A stretch of 33,667 nt of DNA from Octopus bimaculoides. Lineage: Eukaryota. The stretch covers positions 34,602,844 to 34,636,510 of the forward strand of contig NC_068982.1 of NCBI RefSeq assembly GCF_001194135.2. Reading direction: 5' to 3'. Positions 22,617 to 32,576 of the stretch are shown here, piece after piece. Each line of letters opens with the position of its first letter. The stretch's first letter is position 1. The notes below the pieces were generated by a model that was given only the letters and a program-made list of their open reading frames with translations, was not told the origin of the DNA and did not search any database. Position numbers and translations under genes: made by a program.

Positions 22617-22695
22617 CTTCTTCTTCTTCTTCTTCTTCTTCTTCTTCTTCTTCTTCTTCTTCTTCTTCTTCTTCTTCTTCCTCCTCCTCCTCTTT
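22023..22695. repeat. Higher-order trinucleotide array: ctgct-(tgt)n-(tct)n-(cct)n unit about 5 times
   Basis: Unit starts at about 22117, 22246, 22451, 22530 and 22575; includes a 94-bp gap. Confidence 0.9.
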
Positions 22696-23080
22696 CCCGT
22701 TCACTCAACAGCATTTTTTCTCTCTTTTCTCTTCTTTGCTTTTTTTTCTCGGTGTAGGAATATATCGACAATGTTTATGATGCTACAAAACAAACCTCGT
22801 GCCGACAAATTACAAACAATCACAACATCAACAAAAAAAAAACAAACATACAACAAGTTCACACGGGATATGGTAATAGAACGAATAATAGTATTAATGT
22901 TAGAGCTGGAGTTGCTGCTTCAGATACCGTTGGCGTAAAAGATATGGAATTGCCGGAGCTGTAAGCATAAAAATTCAGCAGAAGGCAAAACGTATCGGAA
23001 TGCTTCCACCAAAAGGTTTCTTTTTATTTCTTTTCCGTTTTCCTTTTATTATTTTCTCCGGTTGCTTCTAAATTGATATC

Positions 23081-23300
23081 TTTTAGCTTTTACTTGCTTC
23101 ATTCATTGGACTGCGGCCAAACTGGGGCGCCACCTTGAAAGGTTTAGTCTAACAAATCGTCTCCAGTGCTTATTTTTAAACCTGGTATTTTTTTTTTATC
23201 GGTCAATTTTGCTGGACTGCTAGAGTACGGACACGCAAAGAAACCAGCCCCTGTTGTCAAGTGGTGATGAGGGGACAAACTCAAATACAAACACGCATAC
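23081..23300 (-). mobile_element. SINE family A, 3' half, diverged
   Basis: ttttacttgcttcattcattggactgcggcc..caccttgaa..tatcggtc..ttttgc..gttgtcaagtgg..ggggacaaac. Confidence 0.8.
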
Positions 23301-23322
23301 AAACGTAAATACACGTACAGCT

Positions 23323-23422
23323 ATACATACATACATACATATATACATGCATGCATGCATACATACATGCATGCATGCATACATACATGCATACATACAT
23401 GCATATATACATACATACATAT

Positions 23423-23504
<82 letters not shown>

Positions 23505-23592
23505 ATATATATACATACGTACATACATGCATGCATGCATGCATACATGCATACATACATACATACATACGAACATACATACATACATGCAT
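23323..23592. repeat. (TACA)/(TGCA)/(TA)n compound microsatellite
   Basis: Direct reading. Confidence 0.9.
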
Positions 23593-23713
23593 ACGTGCGG
23601 TGAATAAACTGTCGTCAAAATTATGCAAATATGAAAATAACACCGACTTTTCATTTTAACAGATATATTTACCAAAATTACATAAAAATATTTTGAAATA
23701 CTAAAGAGTAAAT

Positions 23714-23789
23714 TTATTCAATAAAATCACCATTGGCTTCGATTATGGCCTCTAGACAACTTCGGAATCTCCTGAAACTCTTCTGGACG
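23714..23789 (-). mobile_element. maT/mariner-type transposase C-terminus; the rest is probably in the gap
   Basis: A minus frame reads VQKSFRRFRSCLEAIIEANGDFIE*, homologous to ARFQNRLQSVVEREVNYFV* of the 3977 element. Confidence 0.75.
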
Positions 23790-24777
23790 NNNNNNNNNNN
23801 NNNNNNNNNNNNNNNNNNNNNNNNNNNNNNNNNNNNNNNNNNNNNNNNNNNNNNNNNNNNNNNNNNNNNNNNNNNNNNNNNNNNNNNNNNNNNNNNNNNN
23901 NNNNNNNNNNNNNNNNNNNNNNNNNNNNNNNNNNNNNNNNNNNNNNNNNNNNNNNNNNNNNNNNNNNNNNNNNNNNNNNNNNNNNNNNNNNNNNNNNNNN
24001 NNNNNNNNNNNNNNNNNNNNNNNNNNNNNNNNNNNNNNNNNNNNNNNNNNNNNNNNNNNNNNNNNNNNNNNNNNNNNNNNNNNNNNNNNNNNNNNNNNNN
24101 NNNNNNNNNNNNNNNNNNNNNNNNNNNNNNNNNNNNNNNNNNNNNNNNNNNNNNNNNNNNNNNNNNNNNNNNNNNNNNNNNNNNNNNNNNNNNNNNNNNN
24201 NNNNNNNNNNNNNNNNNNNNNNNNNNNNNNNNNNNNNNNNNNNNNNNNNNNNNNNNNNNNNNNNNNNNNNNNNNNNNNNNNNNNNNNNNNNNNNNNNNNN
24301 NNNNNNNNNNNNNNNNNNNNNNNNNNNNNNNNNNNNNNNNNNNNNNNNNNNNNNNNNNNNNNNNNNNNNNNNNNNNNNNNNNNNNNNNNNNNNNNNNNNN
24401 NNNNNNNNNNNNNNNNNNNNNNNNNNNNNNNNNNNNNNNNNNNNNNNNNNNNNNNNNNNNNNNNNNNNNNNNNNNNNNNNNNNNNNNNNNNNNNNNNNNN
24501 NNNNNNNNNNNNNNNNNNNNNNNNNNNNNNNNNNNNNNNNNNNNNNNNNNNNNNNNNNNGCTGTAATTCTTTCGTTGAATAAAATAAGTTTATAAGATAG
24601 TTAGCAGCAATAAACTGAGGCTGATTTCTTCCGCTATTCAAGTTCCGCTGTAAAACTGATCTTTTGTCTAACTAGAAAGTAATCAACAAATTGCATATGT
24701 GATCCATTCGGCAAAATTATTTCCAACACACGATTTCTAGACTGCCGATTCTATTCTGTTCTGCACAGACTCGGACA

Positions 24778-24828
<51 letters not shown>

Positions 24829-25040
24829 GTACGTGCATGCGTGCGCCTGTTCGTGTACGCATCTCTGTCTGCATGCTTGTGTTTATGTCTTTCTACGAGC
24901 GTTATAGATTTGGAAGGCTCCAGACGAGGCGAGATCAGGGAATTTACGTATCGACTCTCATTGACCTTAGTCACAATGTTCAAAAAGACAACGCCTCCAT
25001 TTATGGCGCGACCTCATATTTACGAATACGAGTGTAGAAA

Positions 25041-25075
<35 letters not shown>

Positions 25076-25344
25076 CATAAACGTTTTTATGTACGTCAGT
25101 GTTGTGTCAAAGATCTGTGCGCGAACGCAACTTCTTGCTAAGCTCTTTACTTATCTATATCAAGTAAGGAGCGAGCTAGGTGGAGATAAGAATCCGTTTC
25201 TTGTTGTGCTATTCATGCACACAGATTAACGTACGTGATAATATATACTTCTGTTAGATTGACAATCTAATCGCCTTTCGTCGACACATATCCATTCATT
25301 CGTCCACTCATCCACTCATTCATTAATCAGTGTGTGCATTAAAT

Positions 25345-25569
25345 ATATATGTGTGTGTGTGTGTGCGCGCGCGCGCGTGTGTGTGTGTACGCGCGCGCGT
25401 ATGTGTGTATGTATATATATATATATATATACACATATATATGCATATAAATATGTATACGTATATATATATATATATATAAATATATAAATATATATAT
25501 ATATTTATATATATAAACGTACAACACATACTATATATATTATATATACATATATGTATAGATATACAT

Positions 25570-25606
<37 letters not shown>

Positions 25607-25651
25607 CATATACATAATATATATATACATAAGTATACATATATATGCATA

Positions 25652-25685
<34 letters not shown>

Positions 25686-26216
25686 NNNNNNNNNNNNNNN
25701 NNNNNNNNNNNNNNNNNNNNNNNNNNNNNNNNNNNNNNNNNNNNNNNNNNNNNNNNNNNNNNNNNNNNNNNNNNNNNNNNNNNNNNNNNNNNNNNNNNNN
25801 NNNNNNNNNNNNNNNNNNNNNNNNNNNNNNNNNNNNNNNNNNNNNNNNNNNNNNNNNNNNNNNNNNNNNNNNNNNNNNNNNNNNNNNNNNNNNNNNNNNN
25901 NNNNNNNNNNNNNNNNNNNNNNNNNNNNNNNNNNNNNNNNNNNNNNNNNNNNNNNNNNNNNNNNNNNNNNNNNNNNNNNNNNNNNNNNNNNNNNNNNNNN
26001 NNNNNNNNNNNNNNNNNNNNNNNNNNNNNNNNNNNNNNNNNNNNNNNNNNNNNNNNNNNNNNNNNNNNNNNNNNNNNNNNNNNNNNNNNNNNNNNNNNNN
26101 NNNNNNNNNNNNNNNNNNNNNNNNNNNNNNNNNNNNNNNNNNNNNNNNNNNNNNNNNNNNNNNNNNNNNNNNNNNNNNNNNNNNNNNNNNNNNNNNNNNN
26201 NNNNNNNNNNNNNNNN

Positions 26217-26259
<43 letters not shown>

Positions 26260-26319
26260 CATATACATATATATATACATACATATACATATATATGCAT
26301 ATATATACATATATATATG

Positions 26320-26389
<70 letters not shown>

Positions 26390-26402
26390 GAGAGAGAGAG
26401 AG
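25345..26402. repeat. (TG)/(CG)/(TA)/(CA)/(GA) microsatellite block with gap
   Basis: Direct reading. Confidence 0.9.
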
Positions 26403-26614
26403 AATTTGTTACTAAGCAAAATGACAATGGATTTGAAACAAGGATTCATTATATAATTTATAGTTTCTGAATGATGTATAAATATTTATTTTATCTGGGA
26501 ACTAAATATGAAGAATGTCAATGAGTAATCCACATGGCTCTCGATCATTTTTGTTTTATAAAAGTTCGTATAAAAATTTACATTGGATCAATTTGTGGTG
26601 AAGAGCGAAAAAGC

Positions 26615-26642
26615 AACGTTTCGGAAAGATATTCTTTTTCAG
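26615..26642 (-). ncRNA. Degenerate Penelope-type hammerhead-like motif
   Basis: Minus strand CTGAAAA-AGAATATCTTTCC-GAAAC-GTT. G8 is replaced by A and stem I is weak. Confidence 0.25.
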
Positions 26643-27330
26643 GGCGAGAGAGTATAGGGGCGAGTGATAATAGAAAGGAGTGAAAGAGTAATGTAGAGTG
26701 AAATACGCTGGGAGAGAGGAAGGAAAAGATAGTGTGGTTGATGTGAGATAGGGGCGGTAGTTGAGAAAATTTAATTAAAGAGGAGAGGGTTAAAAGTTTC
26801 GAACAAGAGTTTGGTCAGTTGAAATGGGAGTGAGTGCCTGGTTAAGTGAATGAAGAGAAGAGCGAGAAAGCAGAGCGTAGGGCATGAACAAACGAATATA
26901 TACAAAATAGAATAGAAGTATATAAAATAGAATTTCGAGAACAGAGGAAAAAATAAGTAATGAACATAGAGAAATGTTAAAATTGCAGGAGGAACATCTA
27001 CAATTCTCCGAAATGGTATTGAACACTTTCAAAGGTCATTGCTCTCGGCTTTTTCACTCATTTAAATCAATGAAGTCGGAAAGCTTCTGAGACCTCTTCC
27101 AAATCATCTCGAAATTCAGGGATCAAAAAAGATGGACAATCGTCGATAATGGATTCCAGATAAGTCAGCTAGCGAAATGTCGGAACCGGAAGTCAGTATT
27201 ATCAACCAAATGTTTTCATAGTAGGTTGTTTCTTCTTAATTTCCTCCAAGTACCAATGAACTCTAAGCTCACTAACACACAGACATGGCATTTAACGAGT
27301 TTCGTGGCCTAGTTCTCCTCCATGACATTG

Positions 27331-27388
<58 letters not shown>

Positions 27389-27446
27389 ACGCACACACAC
27401 ACACACATCTATATATATATATATATATTTATGTTTATATATACAA

Positions 27447-27480
<34 letters not shown>

Positions 27481-27629
27481 TGACTTCTTATGTTCAGGTT
27501 ATTGTCCTTTAACGGGGTCCTAAGAAAGTTGGAGTAGTGATGTTGTTAACCTAGCAGTTGGTAGCCTTATAAGAAAACCTATCCGTCTTCCTCTTTCTCA
27601 AAAAGTAAGAGTACAAAAGTTACCTTTTC

Positions 27630-28860
27630 ACTCCACATGTGCTACGAGCTAATCTGCTTTCAACAAACTCTTGGGAAACGAAACCGGGAGCTCCGTTTCT
27701 CTTCATATAATATGCTGAATATTTTCAGGGAATACATTCTCCGATATCATTGAAATTTTGATATCATCATAGATTTCAATACAGACAATTACTGCTCCTA
27801 TGAAAAGCATATCGGGGTAACTGGATATACTCGTAGGAAAGCCTATTAATCCGCAGCTATAATTAGAAATCTGGCAACAGTCATTAGCAGAAGAATCTCG
27901 AAGGATAGAGATATGTTCAAGAGGGCTGCACCCCATTACAAGATGCAAGAATTAGGTGGCTTTAGTGAGAATATAAATGCGCTTCACCCTCACTCCAACT
28001 CTGAAGAGGGTTAGCGATATATTAGCTGGTTCAATCCTCCGTCCATTCCTGATGTTTCTGCAAGTATAGCTAGAACATTCCTGTCATTAATTATGACAGA
28101 ATCGTTTGCACGCCTAATAATAAATGCTTAATGACATTTCGTCCGCCTTTAATTTCTGAGTTCAAATTCCGCCGTGGTCATCATTGCTTTTCGTCCTTTC
28201 GGGATCGATAAATTAAGTACCAGTTGAGCACTGGGATCGATGTAATTAATAAGCCCTTCTCTTCAAATTTCAGGCTTTGTGACCATAACAGAAAGGACTA
28301 ATTAGATAGTATTTCCCAAATATCTATAAGTATTGCAAACTTTAGTGTACGTAACATTAAAGTTTGCTGCTCACCCTTCGATAACGTCGCATACTACAAC
28401 AAGAAAAAGGCGAGCATCTACACAAGTCATACTCCATTTCTCTATTCATAGCTGTTGAAATCCCACAATCAGTTCGAGATATCCTGCCTCTCAAATACTT
28501 ATCTTTAGAACCAACCTCACACGATTCCATGGTATCCTGAAAAACTATATAGGCTCAACAAGGAAGATTTACGCAGCATATACAATCCTTCAGGCGAAGA
28601 GATATGAAAAAATTCCATCTAAATTCCGTTTCATCTGACGACTCCATGACTAATGAATCAACATCCTGAATGTCATCTGGGATATCCACAACAAAGCCCA
28701 CCTTACTAACCTGGAGCACGTAATTGTAACCTCCGAAACGCGCGAAAATGCATATTGTAACAGCTTGCAGTATCCATCAACATGAAAATGACTTATCGTT
28801 TTGTTACCTTCAAAGAAACGCCCAGTAAAATATCTTCAAACTACTGCCACTAAATATTCA
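27630..28860 (+). mobile_element. Penelope-like element remnant (RT C-terminal part and GIY-YIG endonuclease)
   Basis: DFNTDNYCSYEK, IIRNLATVISRRIS..FKRAAPHY..GFSENI, ISWFNPPSIPDVSASIARTFLSLI (28027), NYIGST (28543), FTQHIQSFR, VIWDIHNKA, PY*PGARNCNL, in the PLE order. Many stops and frameshifts. Confidence 0.8.
28121..28302 (+). mobile_element. SINE family B inserted in the Penelope remnant (head truncated)
   Basis: aaatgctta..ctgagttcaaattccgccg..tcgataaattaagtaccagttgagcactggg..caggctttgtgaccataacagaaagg. Confidence 0.88.
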
Positions 28861-29183
28861 ACAAAGATAGCTATAAATTTTTCTGGTACATATGTACTAG
28901 TATGTGTGCCAGATAAAATTTCTAGTCCTTATTGTGGATTTCTTACTTTTTTTCCCGACCACCAACTAACTCTGTTGCTGATAACAGCCAACGTCCAACA
29001 ACAAATACAGCCACATACATAACACCAATAAGTAACCTGATCGTGCCGCTAGGATATTTGTTACTTCCCCGCAGAGTAACAAACTAGAACATCCGTTATC
29101 GCATTCAACTTTAACACATGACCTGAATGATCAATTGAAGTTTCCAAATATTCTCACTTTAAAATTATATTTTTTTTCATTTT

Positions 29184-29990
29184 CCACAGTTTAAAGTAGT
29201 CGACTACACAGACCACAAATTCATGAAGCCTGTCTTAGTCGACTTATACAGGCTTCATAGACAGAGACCCGGTTACTAGAAGCTGAACATGTCGTTGCCA
29301 GCGCGTAAAGATTTCAGTGACCGGATTAGTGAACTAGTTAAGAAATAGTTGACGGGGGCAATAATCAACAATAAATGATGATCCGCTCTGAAAAGGGCGA
29401 TTAGAATAGAATCGATAAGGTTTAGCAAAGGACTAGCAGTAGAAAGAAACAGTAGAGACAGAGCTAGTCAAGAAGTTAGACAAAGCTTTTAGAAAAGGCG
29501 TCATGACCGATGTGCTCGCAGAGAGATTGGCACTCGGCCAATTCTTCAACGTGAAACATGAAGGTTGCGTTGTCAGAGCTAAGGCACGAGCACTTAGACG
29601 CGAAGGGACGAAAGCCGTTCAATAGGCCCGTGTAGAAGAGGCACGGTGTGGAAATAAACCCACGATCTGATCCTTGTCGGACCGCGAAGGGCAAATAATA
29701 ACTGGGCCGAGACAAATGTGTGTGACCTTTCAACTGGTACTTCATTTATCGATGTGTTCGGGAGTGGCGGTGAGCCAGATCGCAGCATGGATTTCACATT
29801 CTACCTCGACAGGCTGCCGCGGCTTTCGATGATGGAGGCGGAGCGCTGCAAAAGGCTGATTACAGCCTTTGAAATACGGGAAGCAATGGCTAGCTGCACG
29901 AGGGGTAAATTGCCCAAACGATTACTGCAACTGGCAACAGAATGGGAGAATTCCAGGTTTTGTGAGCCGAGGAGCGGTGGCGTGCCTGAG
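29184..29990 (+). mobile_element. Tx1/L1-clade LINE ORF2 fragment (APE end, linker, RT start)
   Basis: YTDHKF (SDH-type APE end), RPGY*KLNMSL, IINNK**SALK, EGCVVRAKARAL, ITAFEIREAMASCTRGK, NWQQNGRIPGFVSRG. Confidence 0.85.
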
Positions 29991-29992
29991 GG

Positions 29993-30100
29993 GACTAGTC
30001 GATTACATCTAGCCCAGAATTTCACTGGTAGTTAATTTATCGACCCCGAAAGGATGAAAGGGCAAAGTCGACCTCGGCGGATTTGAACTCAGAACGTAAT
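29993..30100 (-). mobile_element. SINE family B internal fragment
   Basis: gtcgattacatc..actggtagttaatttatcgaccccgaaaggatgaaagggcaaagtcgacctcggcggatttgaactcagaacgtaa. Confidence 0.9.
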
Positions 30101-30156
30101 AATAATAGTAAAGGATGTGCGTATAATAATTGGTACATTGTGAACTGTAAGCAAGG

Positions 30157-30207
<51 letters not shown>

Positions 30208-30290
30208 TCGCCCTGGTGGCAAATAAAAGAAATCCTCCTCCTCCTCCTCCTCCTCCTCCTCATCATCATCATCATTATTATTATTAGTTC
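30157..30290. repeat. (ATT)n, (CCT)n and (CAT)n repeats
   Basis: Direct reading. Confidence 0.9.
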
Positions 30291-30333
30291 AATTTCATTT
30301 TTATTTTTGTTTTTTATTCTATTTCGTTTACAG

Positions 30334-30359
30334 AGCTAAATACGTTATAGAACCTGAAG
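30334..30359 (+). CDS. Candidate 26-nt microexon (AKYVIEPE), product unknown
   Basis: tttttattctatttcgtttacag| ... aag|gtatgg; only one frame is open (phase 2 to 1). Confidence 0.2.
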
Positions 30360-30522
30360 GTATGGAACACTTACTCTTGCCGCTCCATTTAATCTCTCTA
30401 TAGCATATAATTGTCTGCTATCGTTAAATTTCTATCGACCATTCTAATCCCTTCATAGCACCAATTTACACCATACATTATTCCGACTTAATTCGTATTT
30501 TTCCGACCTTCTTAACTCGTGA

Positions 30523-30524
30523 AG

Positions 30525-30564
<40 letters not shown>

Positions 30565-30570
30565 TGTGTT

Positions 30571-30612
<42 letters not shown>
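30523..30612. repeat. (TG)n microsatellite
   Basis: Direct reading. Confidence 0.95.
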
Positions 30613-30717
30613 CTTGCACGTGGGTTTGTTCGTGTTGTGTGTATGTTTGTGTTGGTGTATGTGCACGTCTGAGTGTGTTTACGTGCTCCAGATATAGTTA
30701 CCCGTACACACAGTGTA

Positions 30718-31563
30718 CCACTATCCAAAAGTTTAAGATTACTTAAACTTATTTCCAAAAAAAAATCTACAAAATGGAAATAACTGATCGAAGCAGTTAT
30801 TTTCTGACAGCGCAACGGCCATTTAGATCGGTAGCAATGAGTCTTTTCCGCGCGGTTGTAGGAGACACGTTAGTTTCGCCGGCTTCACTAACATGTGCAG
30901 CGATTTCATTTGCTGTCTGGCGTCTGCTTCGAAGACTGGCAACTCTGATAAACTTATCCTGTGATTTAGAAGTCACTTTTGGACGACCTGACCGAGCTCT
31001 GTCGTTATTTTTTCCTGTTACATTATACCTTACAATGGCAGAGCAGACGGTAGTATACGAAATTTTAACTCTTTTGGCTATATCTCGAAAACTATAGCCT
31101 TCACTACGTAATGTGACAATGCTTTGTCTCTTTTCAGATAATACATTACTGGTTTTGCTCATATTTAGGTTGATTTTTAGTAATTTCACTAATTTTACTT
31201 ATTTTTAATAATTGAACCTAAAAGAAACGATAACACATTTAACGCAGTCATTAAGTGATGTTATCACAACCGACAACACAGGGAAGTATAAATAATCAAA
31301 ATGTATTACAATGTTGCCAAAAAGTGAACGCTAAAATGATTTTGACAACATTCACAAATAGGCTTGCCGTCAAGAAATATGATTATTTGCATATAAAATA
31401 TGTATAAATAGTGTTATTCCATATCGGATAAAAACTCAAACTTTATTCAATATGTTATTCCATATTTTTATGCCAAAAAACTAACTAAATCGATGACATT
31501 GAACTAAAAGTTGCACTATGAAACACATTGTTTTAGGTGCTCTTAAACTTTTGGATAGTAGTG
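30718..31563 (-). mobile_element. Internally deleted Tc1-type DNA transposon (846 bp) with both TIRs
   Basis: Left TA|ccactatccaaaagtttaaga; right tcttaaacttttggatagtagtg|CA. The interior encodes only the N-terminal domain. Confidence 0.92.
30797..31189 (-). CDS. Tc1 transposase N-terminal DNA-binding region (paired-like HTH, GRPK, second HTH), no DDE domain
   Basis: 130-aa open ORF: RQSIVTLRSEGYSFRDIAKRVKIS..RSGRPKVTSKSQDKFI..TANEIAAHV..VSPTTARKRL..GRCAVRK*. Confidence 0.8.
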   Translation of the reverse strand: MKLLKINLNMSKTSNVLSEKRQSIVTLRSEGYSFRDIAKRVKISYTTVCSAIVRYNVTGKNNDRARSGRPKVTSKSQDKFIRVASLRSRRQTANEIAAHVSEAGETNVSPTTARKRLIATDLNGRCAVRK

Positions 31564-31598
31564 CATATACAGGAGTGGCTTTGTGGTAAGTAGTGTAT

Positions 31599-31759
31599 AT
31601 ATGGGAGTGGCTGTGTGGTAAGTAGCTTGCTTACCAGCCACATGGTTCCAGGTTCAGTCCCACTGCGTGGCACTTGGGTAAGTGTCTTCTACTATAGCCT
31701 TGGGCCAACCAAAGCCTCGTGAGTGGATTTGGTAGACGGAAACTGAAAGAAGTCCATCG

Positions 31760-31799
<40 letters not shown>

Positions 31800-32000
31800 A
31801 GTGCGTTTGTGTGTCTATACTCCCACCATCGCTTGACAACTAATGTTGGTGTGCTTACGCCCCCGTAACATAGCGGTTCGGCAAAAGTCGCCGATAGAAT
31901 AAGTACTAGGCTTACAAAGAATAAGTCCTGGGGTCAATTTGTTCGAGTAAAGGCGATGCTCCAGCATGGCCACAGTCAAATGACTGAAACAAATAAAAAA
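31599..32000 (+). mobile_element. SINE family A, full length (tRNA-derived, octopus OR/OK group)
   Basis: A-box-like tggctgtgtgg, B-box ggttcagtccc, central (TG)n, 3' body gcggttcggcaaaag..ccagcatggccacagtcaaatgactgaaac. Confidence 0.93.
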
Positions 32001-32118
32001 TATAAAAGAACAAATGAATAAAAATATATGTATGTATGTATGTATGTGCATATATATATATACATATACATATATATATACATATACATACATATATATA
32101 CATATATGTATATATGTA

Positions 32119-32151
<33 letters not shown>

Positions 32152-32377
32152 NNNNNNNNNNNNNNNNNNNNNNNNNNNNNNNNNNNNNNNNNNNNNNNNN
32201 NNNNNNNNNNNNNNNNNNNNNNNNNNNNNNNNNNNNNNNNNNNNNNNNNNNNNNNNNNNNNNNNNNNNNNNNNNNNNNNNNNNNNNNNNNNNNNNNNNNN
32301 NNNNNNNNNNNNNNNNNNNNNNNNNNNNNNNNNNNNNNNNNNNNNNNNNNNNNNNNNNNNNNNNNNNNNNNNNNNNN

Positions 32378-32576
32378 ATAGCGGTTCGGCAAAAGTCGCC
32401 GATAGAATAAGTACTAGGCTTACAAAGAATAAGTCCTGGGGTCAATTTGTTCGAGTAAAGGCGATGCTCCAGCATGGCCACAGTCAAATGACTGAAACAA
32501 ATAAAAAATATAAAAGAACAAATGAATAAAAATATATGTATGTATGTATGTATGTGCATATATATATATACATATA
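32378..32576 (+). other. Exact 199-bp copy of 31870-32068 across a gap (likely assembly overlap artefact)
   Basis: Identical, including SINE-diagnostic variants and 3' flank. Confidence 0.85.

Noticed and set aside
24890-25150. Open frames after an ag at about 24908 and a CCVKDLCAN Ly6-like motif at about 25098
   Set aside because: Multiple frames are open, the motif lacks the CN ending, and no upstream cysteine exons were found.
29730-29753. 22-bp SINE-like string caactggtacttcatttatcga inside the Tx1 fragment
   Set aside because: Too short; may be chance convergence of the LINE sequence and cannot be tested without a consensus.
31599-31670. tRNA genes at SINE heads (A and B boxes)
   Set aside because: No cloverleaf or acceptor stem; each continues into a SINE body.
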